Positions 59,025-64,000 of a stretch of 64,000 bases of DNA are shown piece by piece. The stretch spans positions 49,455 to 113,454 of the forward strand of contig MNYS01000003.1 in assembly GCA_001873215.1 (NCBI GenBank), written 5' to 3'. Every line of letters begins with the position of its first letter. The first letter of the stretch is position 1. The notes under the pieces are model-generated. The model searched no databases. It was not told the DNA's origin and saw only the letters and a list, made by a program, of their open reading frames with translations. The position numbers and the translations under genes are program-made. This stretch comes from Candidatus Levybacteria bacterium CG2_30_37_29. GTDB taxonomy: Bacteria; Patescibacteriota; Microgenomatia; Levybacterales; GWA1-39-11.

Positions 59025-59360
59025 ATGATAAGTCTAAAAAAGAATAAAGAAATGTTTTGGTTTTTTGAAGTTCTTTTTCTTACACCATTGGCAATTTTCT
59101 GGATGGGAGTTTTGATATTGATGTTGGGAAAATCCGAAAGCATTTTGCGCGCGGTTGTAGGTCAGCCTCTTGATCCGATAAGAAGTACTGTTATTGTCAT
59201 TGTTTGTCCGTTTTTTGCGTCTTGGCTTGCGTGGCAGTACACAAAAGAGAATAAAAAAGACAAAAGCACTACCATAAAATACGCAAAGTATATTATGGCG
59301 GTTGGAGTTGTTTCAATAATTCTTGTTCTTCTCTATCTTTACGGTCCAAATTCCAGCTAG
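59025..59360 (+). CDS. Small hypothetical membrane protein
   Basis: Three hydrophobic helices. No recognised domain. Confidence 0.3.
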   Translation: MISLKKNKEMFWFFEVLFLTPLAIFWMGVLILMLGKSESILRAVVGQPLDPIRSTVIVIVCPFFASWLAWQYTKENKKDKSTTIKYAKYIMAVGVVSIILVLLYLYGPNSS

Positions 59361-59403
59361 CCTTGATTATAATTCGTTAATCTACTACAATAGCTTCAAA
59401 GCT

Positions 59404-60369
59404 ATGATACTTCACGAAAATTTTTCTCTCAAGGATATTCTTTGGTATAAAATCGGCGGAATTGCTAGATATCTTATTGACGTTGAGAACTCGGAAGATG
59501 TTGAAAAAGCAGCTGAATTCATAAAGAGAAACAAACTTACCAGGGCTTTTTTTATCGGTCAGGGAAGCAATCTAATTTTTACCGATGATTTTTTTGACGG
59601 CGCGGTCGTGCGATTTATTGCGCCAAAAAAGAGTTCTATTCGGCTTGTTGGGAATAGCACTGTTGAGGCATTTGCAGGTGAGCTTCTTGATAATGTTATT
59701 AAATTTTCGTTTGAGAATAGTTTGATTGGTCTTGAATGGGCAGGAGGACTTCCCGGTACTGTGGGGGCGGCAATTCGCGGAAACGTAGGAGCTTTTGGAG
59801 GAGAGATAAAAGACAACGTTAAAGAAGTAACCTTGCTTGAAATAACCGATAAAAAAATGAAACTTATAACGTTAAAAAGGTTCGAGTTAAAATTTGGTTA
59901 TAGAAACTCTCTTGTTAAAAAACACAGAAATCTAATAGTTGTTTCTTCTCTATTCCGTCTTACTCCAACCGATGCGGCCGGTGTCCAGAGAGCCCGTCAA
60001 ACTTATCTTTCAAACATTGAATATAGAAATAGACGCCATCCTCTTGAATTTCCAAATTGCGGAAGTGTATTTAAAAATATTACAGATCCAGAAAAGATAA
60101 AAAGTGTTTTGGAAATTTTTCCCGACCTTGAGGAAAAAATAAAAAGGGATTGGCATGGGAAAGTTGCGATGGGATACCTTATCAAGCGTTTGGATCTTGC
60201 GGAATTTCGCGTTGGAAACGCTCAAATTTCACCAAAACATTGCAATTTTATAGTGAATTTGGGAGGAGCAAAAGCAGAAGATGTTTTATCTATAATAAAA
60301 ACTATTCAAGAAAAATTCCAAGAAACCTTTGAGTTTACCCCCGAAGTTGAGGTGGAGATAGTATGTTAA
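59404..60369 (+). CDS. murB: UDP-N-acetylenolpyruvoylglucosamine reductase MurB
   Basis: FAD-binding N-domain (YKIGGIARYLI...IGQGSNLIF) and GGLPGTVGAAIRGNVGAFGGEI. The likely start is ATG 59404 (MILHENF). The ORF-track start at 59323 overlaps the upstream gene. Confidence 0.8.
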   Translation: MILHENFSLKDILWYKIGGIARYLIDVENSEDVEKAAEFIKRNKLTRAFFIGQGSNLIFTDDFFDGAVVRFIAPKKSSIRLVGNSTVEAFAGELLDNVIKFSFENSLIGLEWAGGLPGTVGAAIRGNVGAFGGEIKDNVKEVTLLEITDKKMKLITLKRFELKFGYRNSLVKKHRNLIVVSSLFRLTPTDAAGVQRARQTYLSNIEYRNRRHPLEFPNCGSVFKNITDPEKIKSVLEIFPDLEEKIKRDWHGKVAMGYLIKRLDLAEFRVGNAQISPKHCNFIVNLGGAKAEDVLSIIKTIQEKFQETFEFTPEVEVEIVC

Positions 60370-60917
60370 TAGATATAGTTAATTTTTTAAATCATAATTC
60401 AGGAGTAATTCAAGCAATAACAACAATTGTTTTAACAACAATCACGTTTTTTTACATGCTTTATACAAAAAGAACTGTTAAAGAGCTTGCGTTGCAAAGA
60501 GAGTATGGAATTCTACCGATATTAATAATTGAAGATGTTGACGTTAAAAAAATAAAGAATTTAAAAAAAACAATTATTATTCCAATAAAAATAAATAATG
60601 TAGGAAACGGACCAGCATTTCAGGTAGACGCCCATTTATCTGTAAGCGAACAGCCAACGATCAATTCTTTTAAACAAAGCTTTATCGGCAAGGGTGAAGT
60701 GAAATATATAAATTTCGTATTCAAAAAAGAACATACCAAGGATATTTTTAAACCAACTCGAGAAATTAAACTTATTAATGTAAGCATAGATTTTCACAGT
60801 GCTTATCATAAATGTCATGGTACAATTCAAAGTTTTCATTTAAGCAAAGAAGGAGATTTGCATAAATTAACGGGAGGAGAAGACGGAGGTATAAACTTAT
60901 TTCATAAAGAAGAATAG
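60363..60917 (+). CDS. Hypothetical membrane-anchored protein
   Basis: N-terminal TM helix. No recognised domain. Confidence 0.35.
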   Translation: MLIDIVNFLNHNSGVIQAITTIVLTTITFFYMLYTKRTVKELALQREYGILPILIIEDVDVKKIKNLKKTIIIPIKINNVGNGPAFQVDAHLSVSEQPTINSFKQSFIGKGEVKYINFVFKKEHTKDIFKPTREIKLINVSIDFHSAYHKCHGTIQSFHLSKEGDLHKLTGGEDGGINLFHKEE

Positions 60918-61025
60918 TACCGGCCTATTTTGGTACATTGTAGATTTTTATGCGTTTCACTTTCAAATCTTCGAAGTTTATTTTTTTTATTGCGTTTGGG
61001 GTGTTAATCTCATATAATTCCACTC

Positions 61026-61241
61026 ATGGCAGGAAGAGAACGGAATAATTATGTCGGAATATTGAATGTACACGGGGAAGAAATTGTTTTGACCGGGACC
61101 AATAAAAGAAAACTTACTCAAGAAATAAAAGCAGAATTAAAAGGTGCTCATGAAAAATTCCCCTATGTTGATTTTGACGCCCAAATATTAACTGTTAATC
61201 AAGCAGAAAGTATTAAGGTAAAAAGAACCCCATACTCTTAA
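61026..61241 (+). CDS. Small hypothetical protein
   Basis: ORF only. Confidence 0.25.
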   Translation: MAGRERNNYVGILNVHGEEIVLTGTNKRKLTQEIKAELKGAHEKFPYVDFDAQILTVNQAESIKVKRTPYS

Positions 61242-61246
61242 GACAT

Positions 61247-61294
61247 GAAGCTAACGAAGCTAACGATCCCGTATCGTTAGAATATCGTTAGAAT
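61247..61294. terminator. Imperfect inverted repeat built from CTAACGA units, a candidate bidirectional terminator between convergent genes
   Basis: GAAGCTAACGAAGCTAACGAT-CCCGT-ATCGTTAGAATATCGTTAGAAT. Confidence 0.35.
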
Positions 61295-61303
61295 ATAGTT
61301 TGA

Positions 61304-61903
61304 TTATTTCGGTTCGTTATCAAGGCTTCTCCAAAGAATCATTGCAGCAAAAGTGCGGTAAGGAGTCCATTTTTTTGTCAATTTTTCCATCTGTTTTTCT
61401 GTCGGTTTATTTTTCATTTTATAAAGTTTGGCTATTGCGTTTTGAAGGCCCAAGTCGCCGTATGAAAAAACATCAGGCCGCCCGAGCGAAAACATCAAAA
61501 ACATTTCAGCGCTCCACTGACCAATTCCTTTAATTCTTACAAGCTCTGTAATAACCTCTGAGTTTTGTTTATTTTTCAGGTTATGTAAATTCACTTGTTT
61601 TGATAATGTTTTCTTGGCCAAGTCACGCAGATATTTTATTTTTTGAAAAGATATTCCAGCGCCCCTTAGTTTTTCATCCGGAATTTTAAGTAAGTCCTTA
61701 GGGTTTATTCCGTTTTTAAACAATTTTCCAAACCTTCCGAAGATAGTCGCCGCCGCCTTGACAGATAATTGTTGCCCTACAATCGTGCGGGTCAAACGCA
61801 TGAAAGGGTCGGGATGAACAGACAGAATTAGTTCGAAATTTTTACCAGAATTGTAAATTATCAGATCTCTATTTTTAAAATGTTCCAAAGCCTTTTTATA
61901 CAT
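61304..61903 (-). CDS. HhH-GPD DNA glycosylase (AlkA-like 3-methyladenine glycosylase II family)
   Basis: HhH LVRIKGIGQWSAEMFLMFSLGRPDVFSYGDLGL with a catalytic Asp. Confidence 0.7.
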   Translation of the reverse strand: MYKKALEHFKNRDLIIYNSGKNFELILSVHPDPFMRLTRTIVGQQLSVKAAATIFGRFGKLFKNGINPKDLLKIPDEKLRGAGISFQKIKYLRDLAKKTLSKQVNLHNLKNKQNSEVITELVRIKGIGQWSAEMFLMFSLGRPDVFSYGDLGLQNAIAKLYKMKNKPTEKQMEKLTKKWTPYRTFAAMILWRSLDNEPK

Positions 61904-61928
61904 GTTTTGAGCTTAAATAATTATATCG

Positions 61929-62396
61929 TTGTATAATATCATTATGTCAATTATCAAAAGAGGAGAAAGATGCCCCACGTGCGGAAGATATGTTTCACGA
62001 GATCTTGTAACAAGCGGGTTGGTTATAAAGAGTGGGAAAATCCTTCTTGTTAATCGTAACATAGAACCGTGCCGCGGAATGTGGTCTTTGATTGGAGGAT
62101 ACATTGGGTGGGATGAAACTGTTGAAGATTGTGCAAAAAGAGAAGTAAAAGAAGAAGTTGGATTGGAATGCGAGATTATAAACTTTCTTGGGATTTATTC
62201 TGGATCCAACCGAGATACGCACGATCTTCAGAATATCGGTCTTGCCTACGTTTTAAAACCGGTTTCTGAAAAAATTTTAATCCAAAAAGAAGAAGTAATG
62301 GAAGCAAAATGGTTTACGTTTGATAATCTTCCTACTCCTTTGGCATTTGACCACGCAAAAATCATAGAAGATTATAAAAAGAGTTTGCATTCATGA
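61929..62396 (+). CDS. NUDIX hydrolase with an N-terminal zinc ribbon
   Basis: CPTCGRY. Nudix box GGYIGWDETVEDCAKREVKEEVGLE. Confidence 0.75.
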   Translation: MYNIIMSIIKRGERCPTCGRYVSRDLVTSGLVIKSGKILLVNRNIEPCRGMWSLIGGYIGWDETVEDCAKREVKEEVGLECEIINFLGIYSGSNRDTHDLQNIGLAYVLKPVSEKILIQKEEVMEAKWFTFDNLPTPLAFDHAKIIEDYKKSLHS

Positions 62397-62432
62397 TTTC
62401 CCACCTCTTTTTCTTGTGTTAGAATAAGCATT

Positions 62433-62873
62433 ATGAAACCAGGAATTGATTATGTTGGCGTTACGATATCTTTTTATTGCAATGATGGAAAGGGAAAGTT
62501 TCTGTTTCATAAAAGGAGTAAGAATTGCCGGGATGAAGTTGGAAGATGGGATTGCGGGGGAGGACAATTGGAATTTGGCGAGGATCCGATAGACGGAGTT
62601 TTGCGTGAAGTAAGAGAAGAATATGGATGTAAAGGAATAATTCAAGAGCAGCTTCCGGCGCACTCAATAATTAGATTTCAAAACAAGATAAAAACTCACT
62701 GGTTAGCTATCCCATTTTTTATAAAAGTCAATCCTAAAGATGTGAAAAATAACGAGCCTAACAAAATTGATGAGATAAAATGGTTTCGACTTAATAACTT
62801 ACCTACTCCACTTCATACCGGTTTTAAATATTCAAACAAAAGATACAGTGATTATTTTAAAAAGTATAGATAG
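62433..62873 (+). CDS. NUDIX hydrolase
   Basis: Nudix box GGGQLEFGEDPIDGVLREVREEYGCKG. Confidence 0.75.
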   Translation: MKPGIDYVGVTISFYCNDGKGKFLFHKRSKNCRDEVGRWDCGGGQLEFGEDPIDGVLREVREEYGCKGIIQEQLPAHSIIRFQNKIKTHWLAIPFFIKVNPKDVKNNEPNKIDEIKWFRLNNLPTPLHTGFKYSNKRYSDYFKKYR

Positions 62874-62916
62874 GGCTTGTGATTGAATTTATCAAAGTCT
62901 GATATAATCGCAGCAA

Positions 62917-63510
62917 ATGAGTATAGAAGCTTTAATTCCGGTTTCAGCAGAAGTTGTTTCTCAGCCTGTTTCAAAAGCGGTTATTATAATGTATCCGGAT
63001 GGACGAATAACAGGTGGTCGTAATGATATTCCAAAGACTTCACTTGTGGAGGATTTTTACAGTGTTGTTTCAAAACAAATTGCACGTTACAAAAAGAAAG
63101 GATTTACGATTTTTGGAATTGTTTATCAAGATACAACTCAGGAAAACTTCAGCGTTTTATATCCGGTACACGAATTTGATAGATTGGTAGAAGTACCTCG
63201 TAAAATAGATGAGTGGAAGCATGAAGAACATGAAGATTTGTTAGATGAAGTTATTGGAAAATTAAATCTTTCTGAAACAGCAGAAACAATCGTAGGAGGA
63301 TATCATGCGCTTGATTGTGTTGTTGAAATGGCAAAAGTTCTACGAAGAAATAATTTTAATGTCCAAGTAAACCCTCTTTTGACAAATGAGCTTGCTTTTC
63401 TTTTAATTTCTCATTTAGCAAGAGTGAATTATATACTTAAAGAAAGAAAACTCGATTTGGACATTTGGAAGATGAAAAAAGAAGATCTTCAAAACGCGAT
63501 AAATAAATAA
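62917..63510 (+). CDS. Hypothetical protein
   Basis: ORF with typical codon composition. No recognised domain. Confidence 0.35.
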   Translation: MSIEALIPVSAEVVSQPVSKAVIIMYPDGRITGGRNDIPKTSLVEDFYSVVSKQIARYKKKGFTIFGIVYQDTTQENFSVLYPVHEFDRLVEVPRKIDEWKHEEHEDLLDEVIGKLNLSETAETIVGGYHALDCVVEMAKVLRRNNFNVQVNPLLTNELAFLLISHLARVNYILKERKLDLDIWKMKKEDLQNAINK

Positions 63511-63556
63511 AAAATAATTTTTCAGTATTTCAATACAAAGATCTAATGCCACAAGC

Positions 63557-63937
63557 CTAATTTTGTTTTACCTGAACAAGCTGAAAGAAATTTCCGTCAA
63601 CATCTTCAAATGTTGAAACCAGACCATATCCTTCAATATGGTAAATATCCTGCGTTTGTTTTGCTCCTGCTTTTTTAACTTTTTCCACTTCTTTTTCAAT
63701 ATCATCAACCTCAAAATTCAACATAAATCTTTCAGGATTTTTATTCTTTCCACTGACTTCGGAATGCGGGTTTATAAATAGTTGAACATCATCAAAACTA
63801 TATACTTTTTTTCCATCCTCCATCTCAAATTCCATTCCTTGTTTTAGCCCCACAATTTCCCGGTAAAACTTAACAAGCTTTGTTGTATTTTCAGACGAAA
63901 GTAAAACACCATCAAGTTTTTTAATCATTTTTTTCAC
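63557..63937 (-). CDS. VOC-family (glyoxalase/bleomycin-resistance fold) protein
   Basis: About 125 aa in a beta-alpha-beta-beta-beta arrangement, with LVKFYREIVGL and GYGLVSTFEDVDGNFFQLVQ typical of VOC proteins. Confidence 0.55.
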   Translation of the reverse strand: MKKMIKKLDGVLLSSENTTKLVKFYREIVGLKQGMEFEMEDGKKVYSFDDVQLFINPHSEVSGKNKNPERFMLNFEVDDIEKEVEKVKKAGAKQTQDIYHIEGYGLVSTFEDVDGNFFQLVQVKQN

Positions 63938-64000
63938 CTCCTTTCATTTTCTTAGTTTTATAATATATTATTGCGGTTTTTAAAGATGTAATATTAGTCA

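Overview
This 64-kb window is a low-GC (roughly 35%) bacterial chromosome segment that mixes core information-processing genes with several accessory insertions. The core genes are nusA-infB, rpsO-pnp, rnj, ftsK, alaS, rpoB-rpoC and rpsL-rpsG ... fusA. Several proteins look reduced: IF2 lacks the N-terminal region, AlaRS lacks the C-Ala domain, and there is a Lon-like AAA+ ATPase with no protease domain. There are two YerC/TrpR-like paralogs and several basic low-complexity tails. These traits are compatible with a small-genome uncultivated lineage such as the CPR/Patescibacteria, but that is inference only. No rRNA, tRNA or CRISPR array was recognised by eye. Seven things stand out. (1) An AbrB-type antitoxin plus PIN-toxin cassette is inserted at the 3' end of rnj and bounded by a roughly 48-60 bp direct duplication of the rnj terminus. 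(2) A two-gene module, a small roughly 60-aa protein plus a retropepsin-like aspartic protease, occurs twice in divergent copies, both in accessory contexts. (3) A roughly 0.9-kb island of about 60% GC carries a CAP/SCP-domain secreted protein inside the AT-rich genome. (4) The rpsL-rpsG-fusA operon is interrupted by a roughly 9-kb insert that carries a complete copper homeostasis locus (csoR with a recognisable operator, cupredoxin-like genes, copA, a permease-cupredoxin fusion, copZ). (5) A roughly 175-nt intergenic element begins right after the stop codons of two unrelated genes and is about 70-80% conserved between them. (6) A two-subunit ATP-citrate lyase (aclB/aclA) sits immediately downstream of fusA where tuf would be expected. 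(7) Each TrpR/YerC-like paralog has a palindrome about 40 nt upstream of its start codon, and one of them contains the ACTAGT core of classical trp operators. There is also a large lamin-tail-domain surface protein with internal tandem domain repeats and a MacAB-like ABC efflux operon.
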